Source: an uncultured Clostridia bacterium | Lineage (GTDB): Bacteria; Bacillota; Clostridia; Christensenellales; Aristaeellaceae | Reading direction: 5' to 3' | NCBI GenBank assembly: GCA_944363005.1 | Contig: CALVTV010000034.1 | Coordinates: 1-39,667, forward strand | DNA: 39,667 nt | In this document: positions 20,330 through 29,084 of the stretch, one piece after another | How positions within the stretch are numbered: the stretch's first letter is position 1 | Layout: the number at the start of each line of letters is the position of its first letter | The notes under the pieces: generated by a model | What the model saw: the letters and a program-made list of their open reading frames with translations, nothing else | The model's database searches: none | What the model was told of the DNA's origin: nothing | Program-made: the position numbers and the translations under genes

Positions 20330-20397
20330 GCGGTTTGACAAAGTTTTTGAAAGAAACCCGTATATTTTGTCGAGTTGCATCTGAATGGTAACAAAAA

Positions 20398-21096
20398 TCA
20401 CGGCGGAGCGTCCTGCCCGTCAAACTCCGTGCGGGCCGCCGTGAACACGCCTACGCTGCGCGCGCCCGCTGCCAGCAGCGCCCGGGCCGCCTCCGCAGCC
20501 GTCGAGCCGGTCGTATAGACGTCGTCCACCAGCAACACGCGCTTGCCCCGCACGAGCGGAGAAGCCGTCATGCAGCCCGCCAGATTCTTGCGCCTTTGTT
20601 TTTCGCGCAGCATCGCTTGCGGACGCTGTTCATCCCGGCGCGTGAGGGCATTGGCCATAGGCATGCCCAGTTGCTGCGCGACGAGCGCGCACAACAGCTC
20701 CGCCTGATTGAACCCGCGCTCCCGCAACCTCCGCTTCGTCGTCGGCACGGGAACCATCAGTTCCTCCTCTCCACCCGGAAGCATGGCCATTGCTCGTGCC
20801 AGCGGCACAGCCGCTTCGCGCACACTGCTGAATTTCATCCACAAAATCAGCGATCGCGCCTGCGCTGTGTAGGGATATGCCCATTGCACATAGTCGATGC
20901 CTTCGGGCAGGGCTTCCCGTTGCGTGGACTTTTCCAATTCGAGCCGCTGCAAAGCGCGCACGCAGTCCGGGCATAACCCGTCTTCCTGCTCTTCCCCCAA
21001 CGCGCGCTCGCAGCACACGCAAAGCACGCGATCGGGATACAGCCATTCCAGCACGACCGCGGCAATTCTGCGCCAAAACCGCTTCAGATTTTTCAT
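20398..21096 (-). CDS. comFC: ComF family protein (ComFC-like phosphoribosyltransferase)
   Basis: It has an N-terminal zinc finger (CVCCERA...CPDC) and a C-terminal PRTase loop (VLLVDDVYTTGST). Its ATG 21096 overlaps the recD2 stop in an ATGA arrangement. Confidence 0.8.
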   Translation of the reverse strand: MKNLKRFWRRIAAVVLEWLYPDRVLCVCCERALGEEQEDGLCPDCVRALQRLELEKSTQREALPEGIDYVQWAYPYTAQARSLILWMKFSSVREAAVPLARAMAMLPGGEEELMVPVPTTKRRLRERGFNQAELLCALVAQQLGMPMANALTRRDEQRPQAMLREKQRRKNLAGCMTASPLVRGKRVLLVDDVYTTGSTAAEAARALLAAGARSVGVFTAARTEFDGQDAPP

Positions 21097-23306
21097 AACG
21101 CTTGCATCTGCTTGAGCCGGTAACACAGGGCGCTGTAACGGCGGCGCGTATGCGTATTGGCGATCATTTGATCGATGGCCGCCTCCCGTCCGACGATCAT
21201 CACCAGTTTGCGCGCGCGCGTGACGGCCGTGTACAGCAGATTGCGCGTGAGCAGCATGGGCGGCCCGCCGACCGCCGGCATAATCACAACGGGGAACTCG
21301 CTGCCCTGGCTCTTATGCACGGAAATACAGTAGGCCAACTCCAGATCGTCGATGTCCCCGCCCTCGTATGTCGCCTCGCGCTCATCGTCGAAGACGACGG
21401 TCATCGTATGCTCCTGCGGGTCAATCGAGCGCACGAACCCGATGTCCCCGTTGAATACGCCCTGTCCGTCCTCCCAGCCAAAGACGCCCTCTTTCTTCCA
21501 TTCCAACTGATAATTGTTGCGCGTCTGCATGACCTTGTCCCCTTCGCGAAACGTCGTGTCCGTGCGCACGCGCTCGTGCTTGTGGGGGGCAGGCGGGTTA
21601 AACTCCTCCTGCAACAGCTGATTGAGCGCAAAGACGCCGCAATCGCCCTTCTTCGTCGGGGAAAGCACCTGCATCTGGCTCACCGGGTCGAGCCCCGTGA
21701 ACCCCGGAAGCCGGTCAGCACAGAGCCGCACGATCTTGTGGGCGGCGTCCGCCGGCGAACTTGCGCGTTCAAAGAAGAAGTCGCTGCCCTTGGCGTTGAG
21801 CCTCGGCGCTTCCCCACGATTGATGCGATGGGCGTTGTAGACGATCATGCTCTTTTCGTCCTGCCGGAAGATCTCCGTCAGCTCCACCGAAGGGATGACC
21901 CCGCTTTCCAGGATGTCGTGCAGCACGTTGCCCGCGCCCACGCTGGGCAGCTGATCCGCGTCCCCGACCATAATCAGCCGCATGCCCGGGGTTAGCGCAC
22001 GCAAAAGAGAGCGCATGAGAAAGATGTCCACCATCGACATTTCGTCGATGATCAGCGTGTCCATCTCCAGGGGATTGTCCGGCGTTCGGGCAAAATCGCC
22101 CTCTTCCCCGCCGTACTCGAGCAGGCGATGCAGCGTCTTGGCCTCCATTCCGCAGGCTTCGCTCATGCGCTTGGCCGCGCGCCCGGTCGGCGCCGCGAGC
22201 GCAATGTCTCCGTGTACGCTCAGCAAGCGGATGATGCACTTGATGATCGTCGTCTTGCCTGTACCCGGCCCGCCCGTGATGACGCACATGCCGCTTTGCA
22301 CAGCCGTGCGGATCGCTTCTTTCTGCTGCGCATGAAAGGAGATCCCCTCCATGGCCTCCAGCTCGGCAATCTGCGCATCCAGCCCCGTGCTCATGGATTC
22401 GGGCATGGCATCGACCATCTCCCTGAGCCGCCGGGCCACCTCCACTTCGGCGCGGTACGTTCGCGGCAGATAAACGGCGACGACCTCGCCCTCACCGTCC
22501 GGCAAAAGCTGCGCGCTCACCTCGTGCCCCAAAATCAGCGCGTCGAGCACGCGCTCGATGGCTTGCGCCTCGTTGCCCAGCAGCCGCTGCGCCGCCTCGA
22601 TCAGCTCAGCGCGCGGAAGATAACAGTGGCCTGCGCTTCCCGTCGCGTCCGCAAGCGTGTACTTGATGCCCGCGGCAATGCGGTATTCGCTGTCCTTTTC
22701 TACGCCCAGGGAGGCCGCGAGCCGGTCCGCCGTTTTAAAGCCTACGCCCTCCACATCGTCCACCAGCCGGTAGGGATTCTGGCGAATGATCTGCTGCACG
22801 TTCTCGCCATAGCGCTTGAAAATCTTGACGGCGAGCGCCGGCGTGACGCCATATCCCTGCAAAAAGACCATCGCTTCGCGCTGTTGCGCCTGCTCGGCAT
22901 AGCTCTCCATGATCATCGCCGCGCGCTTTTGGCCGATGCCCTGCACTTCCAGCAGGCGCTCCGGTTGCGCATAGAGCACATCCAGCGTCTCCTCGCCGAA
23001 CGCCTTGACCAGAAGCTTCGCCGTCGCCGGGCCGATTCCGCGGATCATCCCGCTGGCCAGATACTTCTCGATGCCCGAAAGCGTGGTCGGCTTTTCGATT
23101 TCAAGGCCCTGCACCTTGATCTGGCGGCCATAGACGGGGTGTTCCGTCCATTCGCCGCTGATGCGCAGTTTTTCCCCGGAGGCTATCGGCGGCATGACGC
23201 CAACGGCGGACACGCGCGACTTGCCGCACCGGACAACCAGCACGGTATAGCCGTTCTCTTCATTGCGGAACACCGTTTCCTCCGCAAACGCCTCGATGGT
23301 CTCCAT
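21093..23306 (-). CDS. recD2: RecD2-type SF1B ATP-dependent DNA helicase
   Basis: It has Walker A (GGPGTGKTT), HhH-type N-terminal repeats and the RecD-like motif SVHKSQGSEF. ATG 23306 (METIEAF) is preceded by AAGGAGGTGA. Confidence 0.9.
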   Translation of the reverse strand: METIEAFAEETVFRNEENGYTVLVVRCGKSRVSAVGVMPPIASGEKLRISGEWTEHPVYGRQIKVQGLEIEKPTTLSGIEKYLASGMIRGIGPATAKLLVKAFGEETLDVLYAQPERLLEVQGIGQKRAAMIMESYAEQAQQREAMVFLQGYGVTPALAVKIFKRYGENVQQIIRQNPYRLVDDVEGVGFKTADRLAASLGVEKDSEYRIAAGIKYTLADATGSAGHCYLPRAELIEAAQRLLGNEAQAIERVLDALILGHEVSAQLLPDGEGEVVAVYLPRTYRAEVEVARRLREMVDAMPESMSTGLDAQIAELEAMEGISFHAQQKEAIRTAVQSGMCVITGGPGTGKTTIIKCIIRLLSVHGDIALAAPTGRAAKRMSEACGMEAKTLHRLLEYGGEEGDFARTPDNPLEMDTLIIDEMSMVDIFLMRSLLRALTPGMRLIMVGDADQLPSVGAGNVLHDILESGVIPSVELTEIFRQDEKSMIVYNAHRINRGEAPRLNAKGSDFFFERASSPADAAHKIVRLCADRLPGFTGLDPVSQMQVLSPTKKGDCGVFALNQLLQEEFNPPAPHKHERVRTDTTFREGDKVMQTRNNYQLEWKKEGVFGWEDGQGVFNGDIGFVRSIDPQEHTMTVVFDDEREATYEGGDIDDLELAYCISVHKSQGSEFPVVIMPAVGGPPMLLTRNLLYTAVTRARKLVMIVGREAAIDQMIANTHTRRRYSALCYRLKQMQAL

Positions 23307-23326
23307 GCCCTCACCTCCTTGGTAGA

Positions 23327-24562
23327 TCAGGCCCGGTTGCGCACCGGGCCGCGCAGCATGTCCCCCGCCGCCAGGCGATCCCCGCACGGCACGCGCACCA
23401 GCTGCTCCGGCACGCGCGCCGCCTGCACGTGTTCATTCGTCGCGTCCACGACGATATCCTCCACGATCAGCGTCTGACTGCCGGAGGGCGTCACCGTCTC
23501 CAGCGCATCGCCCACAAAGAAGCGGTTTTTCATCTCCACAAGCGCAACGCCTCCGCTGACCGCGCGCACATAGCCCATGTACTCCGCGGCCTGCTGCGTG
23601 CCGACGGCCTCGCCGCACACCTTCGGCATTCCGAAGTAAAAACCCGTGTCATACGCCCGATGGCTGACCTTGTCCAGCTCCGCGCGCAAGGCCCGCGAAA
23701 GCGTTTCATTTGCCAGGTACCCCTTTGGATCGCGGGCATAGGCATCCATAGCCCGCCTGTAACTGCCGATCACCGTGCCGATATACAACTCGTTCTTCAT
23801 GCGCCCCTCGACTTTGAAGCAGCAGACGCCGCTCTCCATCAGCCGGGGCAAATGCTCCATCATGCAGATGTCATGGCTGGAGAGGATGGCCGTGCCGCGA
23901 TCGCCCTCCTCGATGGGCAGGTATTCGCCGGGCCGCGTGCACTCCACCAGCGCATACGTCCAGCGGCAGGGCTGGCTGCATGCGCCGCGGTTCGCGCTGC
24001 GCCCATTGAGGTAGCTGGAGAGCATGCAGCGCCCGGAGTACGCCATGCAGGCCGCGCCGTGAATGAAGCTCTCCAGCTCCACCTCGCCCGCAAGTTCGCG
24101 CGCCATGGCCTCGATCTGTTCAAGCGTCAGCTCGCGGGCAAGCACGACGCGCGACGCGCCCATCGCCCGATAGACGCGCGCGGTTTCGCTGTTGGTCGTG
24201 CTGGCCTGCGTGCTCACATGCACCGCCAGGCCCGGCACCTCCCGCAGAATCCGGGCAATCGCCCCCAGGTCGGAGACGATCACCGCGTCCACGCCCATCT
24301 CCTGCGCCGCCTTTGCCGTGCGCACCATGCCCGGCAGGTCGCCGTCAAAGGCAAAGATGTTGAGCGTCAAATGCACCTGCGCACCGCGCGCATGCGCCAA
24401 TTCCACAGCGCGCGCGAGTTGCGCCTCGTCAAAATTCTGTGCCTGTGCCCGCAGGCCATAGGCTTGTGCGCCCAAATAAACGGCGTCTGCGCCGAAGCGC
24501 AGCGCCGTTTCAAGCGTCCTCATGCCGCCCGCAGGCGCGAGCAACGAAGGCATCTGTTTCAT
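23327..24562 (-). CDS. peptidase U32 family protein (YrrN/YrrO/TrhP-like)
   Basis: The N-terminus (LLAPAGG...AL..GADAVYLG) and core are typical of the U32 family. ATG 24562 is preceded by AGAGGAAA, and the upstream part of the track ORF overlaps mltG. Confidence 0.85.
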   Translation of the reverse strand: MKQMPSLLAPAGGMRTLETALRFGADAVYLGAQAYGLRAQAQNFDEAQLARAVELAHARGAQVHLTLNIFAFDGDLPGMVRTAKAAQEMGVDAVIVSDLGAIARILREVPGLAVHVSTQASTTNSETARVYRAMGASRVVLARELTLEQIEAMARELAGEVELESFIHGAACMAYSGRCMLSSYLNGRSANRGACSQPCRWTYALVECTRPGEYLPIEEGDRGTAILSSHDICMMEHLPRLMESGVCCFKVEGRMKNELYIGTVIGSYRRAMDAYARDPKGYLANETLSRALRAELDKVSHRAYDTGFYFGMPKVCGEAVGTQQAAEYMGYVRAVSGGVALVEMKNRFFVGDALETVTPSGSQTLIVEDIVVDATNEHVQAARVPEQLVRVPCGDRLAAGDMLRGPVRNRA

Positions 24563-24575
24563 CGTATTTCCTCTG

Positions 24576-25772
24576 TCATTGCAGTCCGCGTTCCCGGTCG
24601 TATTCCTCCCAAAGCGGCTGATACATCGCCGCGGCCGCCTGATGCTCCTCGAGCGTCTTGGAGAAGTGCAGCGCGCCGGAATCGGGGTCCGTCGAGCAGA
24701 AGTAGAGGTACTTCTGCGCCACATACTGTTCATCCGGATACAGCGCCGCCACGATGGCATCCATGGACGGGTTGCAGACCGGGCCGACGGGCAGCCCCTT
24801 GTTCTGATAGGTGTTATACGGGGAATCGACGGACAAGTCCTCGCTGTTGAGATACATCTTCTCCGACCCCGAAACGTACTTGACCGTCACGTCCGAATCG
24901 AGCGTCATGCCGAGTTTGAGCCGGTTGTGGAACACGGCGCTGACCTTGGCAAAGTCGCTCGTCTTGGCTTCCTTCTCAATCATCGAAGCCAGCGTGAACA
25001 CCTCGTCCATCGTCAGCCCCAGTTCCTGCGCACGCTCGTCGTAGGTGAGCAGATACGACGCCTCCGTCTGCGAAAGCAGGCGCTTGATGATCGTATCGGC
25101 GCTGGAATTGGTGTAAATCTCGTACGTATTGGGCGAGAGATAGCCCTCCAGGGCGTACTTGCGGCTGCTCGCATCGTCCTCTTCGAGAATATCCTCGATG
25201 AAGTAGTAGCCGCTGTAGGATTCGCCTGTGCGGCAAAGGGAGAGGAACTCCTCCGCGCTCGAAAGGATCTTCTGCTCCACCAGATAATTCGCAACGTCTT
25301 CCACCGTCCAGCCGGGGATGATGGTGATGTTGGTCGTCAGCGGTTTTCCGTCGCCGGAGACGAGCTGATCCAGAATCTGCGTCGCGGACATGGAGCGGCT
25401 CAGTTCGTAGTCGCCGCTCTGAATTTTCTGACCCATGCCCATGAAATCCGCCATATACTTGAACACGGTGTGGTTGTGAATCAGGCCAGCTTCTTCCAGA
25501 TCGCGCGATACAGTGGAAAGCGAACTGCCGGAGGCCACCTCAAAAGCGACAAGCTGCGTGTCCTGTTCGTCCACAGGCGCAAAAAACATGCTGTCCAGCT
25601 TGAGGTATCCCGTATAGATCAATCCGCAAACGATGACAAAGGACGCCGCAAAGACCAGCAACGGGCGCAAAATGCGCCAGATCCAGTCATACCAGAAAAA
25701 ACCATAGCGCCGCTCCTCGTGCCATTCGCGCTCGGTCAACTCCCCAGTGCGCTTCTTTTTCTTTTTCGCCAA
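24576..25772 (-). CDS. mltG: endolytic murein transglycosylase MltG (YceG-like)
   Basis: It has a basic N-terminus, one TM helix, and a YceG domain with NTYQNKGLPVGPVCNPS. Starts at TTG, preceded by GGGAGGAA. Confidence 0.9.
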   Translation of the reverse strand: MAKKKKKRTGELTEREWHEERRYGFFWYDWIWRILRPLLVFAASFVIVCGLIYTGYLKLDSMFFAPVDEQDTQLVAFEVASGSSLSTVSRDLEEAGLIHNHTVFKYMADFMGMGQKIQSGDYELSRSMSATQILDQLVSGDGKPLTTNITIIPGWTVEDVANYLVEQKILSSAEEFLSLCRTGESYSGYYFIEDILEEDDASSRKYALEGYLSPNTYEIYTNSSADTIIKRLLSQTEASYLLTYDERAQELGLTMDEVFTLASMIEKEAKTSDFAKVSAVFHNRLKLGMTLDSDVTVKYVSGSEKMYLNSEDLSVDSPYNTYQNKGLPVGPVCNPSMDAIVAALYPDEQYVAQKYLYFCSTDPDSGALHFSKTLEEHQAAAAMYQPLWEEYDRERGLQ

Positions 25773-25790
25773 GATTCCCGTTCCTCCCGT

Positions 25791-26144
25791 TTATGCGCGG
25801 TCAGGCAGCTCAAAGACGATGCCCGCGGCTTCCGTCAGAATTTTGAACACATCCGCCAGCGTCTTTTGCATCTGCATTTCCGCCAACAGATACGCCTGCA
25901 CATCGCTGTTCATGTACAGGAGCGACGCCAGTTGCTGAAAGCGTTGCATGTCCTCGTTGGGCATTTGGCCCGCCGCACCGGCCATGCTCATTTGCAGCTG
26001 CACCTGCAACCGCTTGTACTCCTCCAGCAGCACGCGATTTGTGTCGTCGCTGTATGCGCGCTCGCGCAGTTCGCTCAGCCTGCGGCACTCGTCGCTCTGG
26101 CGGATTTCCTCCGCCAGCCTGTGCGCCGTATCGTAGATATTCAT
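25791..26144 (-). CDS. YlbF/YmcA (UPF0342) family protein
   Basis: 117-aa helical protein with a YlbF-like N-terminus (IYDTAHRLAEEIRQSDECRRL). ATG 26144 is preceded by GGGAGGA. Confidence 0.7.
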   Translation of the reverse strand: MNIYDTAHRLAEEIRQSDECRRLSELRERAYSDDTNRVLLEEYKRLQVQLQMSMAGAAGQMPNEDMQRFQQLASLLYMNSDVQAYLLAEMQMQKTLADVFKILTEAAGIVFELPDRA

Positions 26145-26172
26145 GTCCTTATCCTCCCCAAACCATGCGGGA

Positions 26173-27825
26173 TCAAGTCTCCATGATGATCGGAAGGATC
26201 ATCGGGTTGCGCTTGATCAAGCTGAACAGGTAGTTGTGCATCTCGTCCTTGATGCCGTTTTTGATGGACGTCCAGTCGCTCTGCTCAATGCGGTCATACC
26301 GCGCAAGCACGCCCAAGGCCACGTTGCGCGCCCCAGCGATGAGCTCCTCGTTCTCCCGCACATACACGAATCCGCGGGAGATCAGCTCCGGTCCCGAACT
26401 CAGCCGTCCAGTCTCCTTGGATACGCCGACCACCACGATGATCAGGCCGTCCTGCGAAAGGTGCTTGCGATCGCGCAACACGACGTTGCCCACATCGCCC
26501 ACGCCCAGACCATCGACCATGACCGATCCCGTGGGAATCGGGCCGGTGATGCTGGCCTCATCCTCGGAAAGTTCGAGCGCCTGCCCCAGTTCCAGAATAA
26601 TGGCGCGGTCCTCCGGCATGCCCATCTCCACCGCAATTTGCGCATGGCGCTGAAGCATGCGGTATTCCCCGTGCACCGGAATAAAATACCTCGGTTTGAC
26701 CAGCGCATGGATCAGTTTGAGTTCCTCCTGACAGGCGTGGCCGGAGACGTGAACATCCGCAATGCGGTTGTAAATCACCGTCGCGCCGCAGCGATAGAGC
26801 TGGTCGATGATTCGCGAAACCATGATTTCATTGCCCGGAATCGGCGTCGCGGAGATGATGACCGTATCGCCCTCCCGGATTTGCAGCTTGCGGTGTTCGC
26901 TGTTGGCCATGCGCGTCAAACCGCTCATCGGTTCCCCCTGGCTGCCCGTAGTCAGCACGACGATCTCCTGATCCTCGTAGCAGTCCAGATCCCCGACGTC
27001 AATGAACACATCCTGCGGAATCTTGAGCTCCCCGATGTCCATTGCCAGGCGCGTGACGTTGACCATGCTGCGCCCGACAAAGCACACCTTGCGCGAAAAC
27101 TCCCTGCAAAGATCGACCACCTGCTGGATTCGATGAATGTTGGAAGCGAACATCGCGATGATAATGCGCCCCTTCGCGTCCTTGAACAGGCTATGGAACG
27201 TAGCGGCAATTTTCTTTTCGCTCATGGTGTAACCCGGCCGCTCCACGTTCGTTGAATCCGCCAGCAGGGCCAGCACGCCCTTGCTTCCCCACGCCGCCAG
27301 CGTATTCAGGTCGGTCACCTCGCCGTCGATGGGCGTATAGTCAATCTTGAAGTCTCCGGTCACGACCACCGTACCCGCGGGACAGGTGATGGCCATGGCC
27401 ACCGCCCCCGCAATGGAATGGCTGACCTTGATAAATTGCACAGTAAAAGCGCCGACATTCACCACATCGCGCGGCTTGACAACATTGAGCACGGTGCTAC
27501 GGATATGATGCTCCTCCAGCTTCCCGCGTATGAGCGCGCACGTAAGCCGCGTTCCATAAACAGGCGCCGGTACATGCGGGAGCACATACGGCATCGCACC
27601 GATGTGATCCTCATGGCCATGCGTAATCAGATACGCGCGCACGCGTTCCCGGTTGCGCACGAGGTATTCAATTTCAGGGATCACCAGATCGATGCCCAGC
27701 ATGTCCTGTCTGGGGAAGATCGAACCGCAGTCAATCACGATGATGTCGTCCCCGTACTCAAATGCCGTCATGTTTTTTCCGATTTCGCCGATGCCGCCAA
27801 GAGGAATGATCCTCAGTTTCTCCAC
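26173..27825 (-). CDS. rnj: ribonuclease J
   Basis: It has the beta-lactamase/beta-CASP fold motifs (ITHGHEDHIG, LRIIPLGGIGEIGKN). The ATG at 27912 has no SD. GTG 27825 (MEKLRIIPLGG) follows GAAGGGGGG and matches the usual RNase J N-terminal length. Confidence 0.9.
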   Translation of the reverse strand: MEKLRIIPLGGIGEIGKNMTAFEYGDDIIVIDCGSIFPRQDMLGIDLVIPEIEYLVRNRERVRAYLITHGHEDHIGAMPYVLPHVPAPVYGTRLTCALIRGKLEEHHIRSTVLNVVKPRDVVNVGAFTVQFIKVSHSIAGAVAMAITCPAGTVVVTGDFKIDYTPIDGEVTDLNTLAAWGSKGVLALLADSTNVERPGYTMSEKKIAATFHSLFKDAKGRIIIAMFASNIHRIQQVVDLCREFSRKVCFVGRSMVNVTRLAMDIGELKIPQDVFIDVGDLDCYEDQEIVVLTTGSQGEPMSGLTRMANSEHRKLQIREGDTVIISATPIPGNEIMVSRIIDQLYRCGATVIYNRIADVHVSGHACQEELKLIHALVKPRYFIPVHGEYRMLQRHAQIAVEMGMPEDRAIILELGQALELSEDEASITGPIPTGSVMVDGLGVGDVGNVVLRDRKHLSQDGLIIVVVGVSKETGRLSSGPELISRGFVYVRENEELIAGARNVALGVLARYDRIEQSDWTSIKNGIKDEMHNYLFSLIKRNPMILPIIMET

Positions 27826-27951
27826 AATGCATCCAACCCCCCTTCGTATTTGTATTGATTTCTGTATATTCTGTTTCAAAATGCCCCCTCTTTTGTCGGG
27901 ACCAGGAGGCATTGAGAATCACGCACACAACGCACGCATTGTAATCTGATT

Positions 27952-27980
27952 TATTATAGCACAAATCGTACAGGCTTCAA
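27952..27980 (-). promoter_or_regulatory. sigma-A type promoter for the rnj operon
   Basis: The minus strand reads TTGAAG (27980-27975), a 17-nt spacer ending in TG, then TATAAT (27957-27952). Confidence 0.55.
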
Positions 27981-28183
27981 AGGGCTTTCTTCTGCAATTG
28001 GACAAATCTTTCAAATTTTACCTCAATTTTCGTTTTCTTGAGCAAAAACAACCCGTTCAATATGTAGTCTGCGCTGATTGACCATGAAGAAGGGGGCATT
28101 CAAGGGAAGAAAAACCAGGAAAATTCGCATAGTCGTTGCGCAGAGCAACACAATTTGATTCGAACTTCATCCTTTTCTAAAAC

Positions 28184-28215
28184 GCAAAAAGAGGCGACGT
28201 TTTCGCATCGCCTCT
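28184..28215 (-). terminator. intrinsic terminator after trxA
   Basis: The 8-bp stem AGAGGCGA/TCGCCTCT (28190-28215) is followed by TTTTT on the minus strand. It lies about 50 nt beyond the trxA stop. Confidence 0.8.
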
Positions 28216-28268
28216 TGCTTTTTGTCCGAACAGCCAGCCGTTGTTTTCCACAGACCTGTGGATATTTC

Positions 28269-28583
28269 TTACAGATGACGCTCGAGCATTGCCGAAATGT
28301 CGTTCTTGCTGCGGGCGCCGATGGCCTGCTCGACAACCTTTCCCTTGACGAGCACAATCAAGGTCGGAATGCTCATCACGCCAAAGCGCTTGGCCAGCGC
28401 GGGCTCCTGATCCACATCCACCTTGCCCACGACGGCACGGCCGTCAAAAGCAGCCGCAATCTCCTCAATGGCGGGCGCAATCATGCGGCACGGGCCGCAC
28501 CAGGTCGCAAAAAAGTCCACCAATACGGGCTTGTCGCCCGCCACAGCCGCCTCAAACGAGGCCTGATTGAAATGCTCCAACAT
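28269..28583 (-). CDS. trxA: thioredoxin
   Basis: 104 aa with the WCGPC active site. ATG 28583 is preceded by GGAGTGA. The longer track ORF (to 28916) overlaps the rseC-like gene. Confidence 0.9.
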   Translation of the reverse strand: MLEHFNQASFEAAVAGDKPVLVDFFATWCGPCRMIAPAIEEIAAAFDGRAVVGKVDVDQEPALAKRFGVMSIPTLIVLVKGKVVEQAIGARSKNDISAMLERHL

Positions 28584-28588
28584 CTCGT

Positions 28589-29026
28589 TCACTCCATTTC
28601 TCCCTGTCCAGGGTGATTCACAGACACAATTTTCAGCTCCCAACGCCCTTTGGAGAGCTTGGGGTCCAGCGCGCGCATCAGCAGATAGGCCAGCGCCGTG
28701 CCAATCACAGCCGTGAGCGCCATCAAAAGCTCCGAATTGAATCCAGGCAATGCGCCGCTGAGCAGCCAGCCCGCCGCCAGCCCCAGGATTAGCCCCGCAA
28801 ACGGAATCAGATACGCGGCCGCGGAAGCCGCCATCACCTGCGCATCGTCCATCTGTACGACGACCTGATCCCCAACCTGCGCCTTGCCGCGCAGTTTGAC
28901 GGTATGTTTTGCGCAATTCTCACTGCCGTGCATGCATGCATGGCAGTCGCCGCACGCCTCATGGCGTTCGAAGACGACGGTCAGCATTTCACCGTTGACT
29001 TCCGTGACAGTCCCCTTGTTGATCAT
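28589..29026 (-). CDS. SoxR-reducing system RseC/MucC family protein
   Basis: It has an N-terminal Cys cluster (CGDCHAC...C) and two C-terminal TM helices, as in RseC. ATG 29026 is preceded by AAAGGAG. Confidence 0.7.
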   Translation of the reverse strand: MINKGTVTEVNGEMLTVVFERHEACGDCHACMHGSENCAKHTVKLRGKAQVGDQVVVQMDDAQVMAASAAAYLIPFAGLILGLAAGWLLSGALPGFNSELLMALTAVIGTALAYLLMRALDPKLSKGRWELKIVSVNHPGQGEME

Positions 29027-29084
29027 ACTCTGCTCCTTTGTTCCCGCAGGATAGGATACGCCGCTTCCGCGATTTTACGCTGCA

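Noticed and set aside
28057-28170. 37-codon minus-strand ORF (MKFESNCVALRNDYANFPGFSSLECPLLHGQSAQTTY) between the trxA terminator and the rnj promoter
   Set aside because: The purine-rich stretch abuts the ATG with no spacing and no promoter is readable. It lies just after a strong terminator, and its composition is unremarkable. It cannot be supported from sequence alone.
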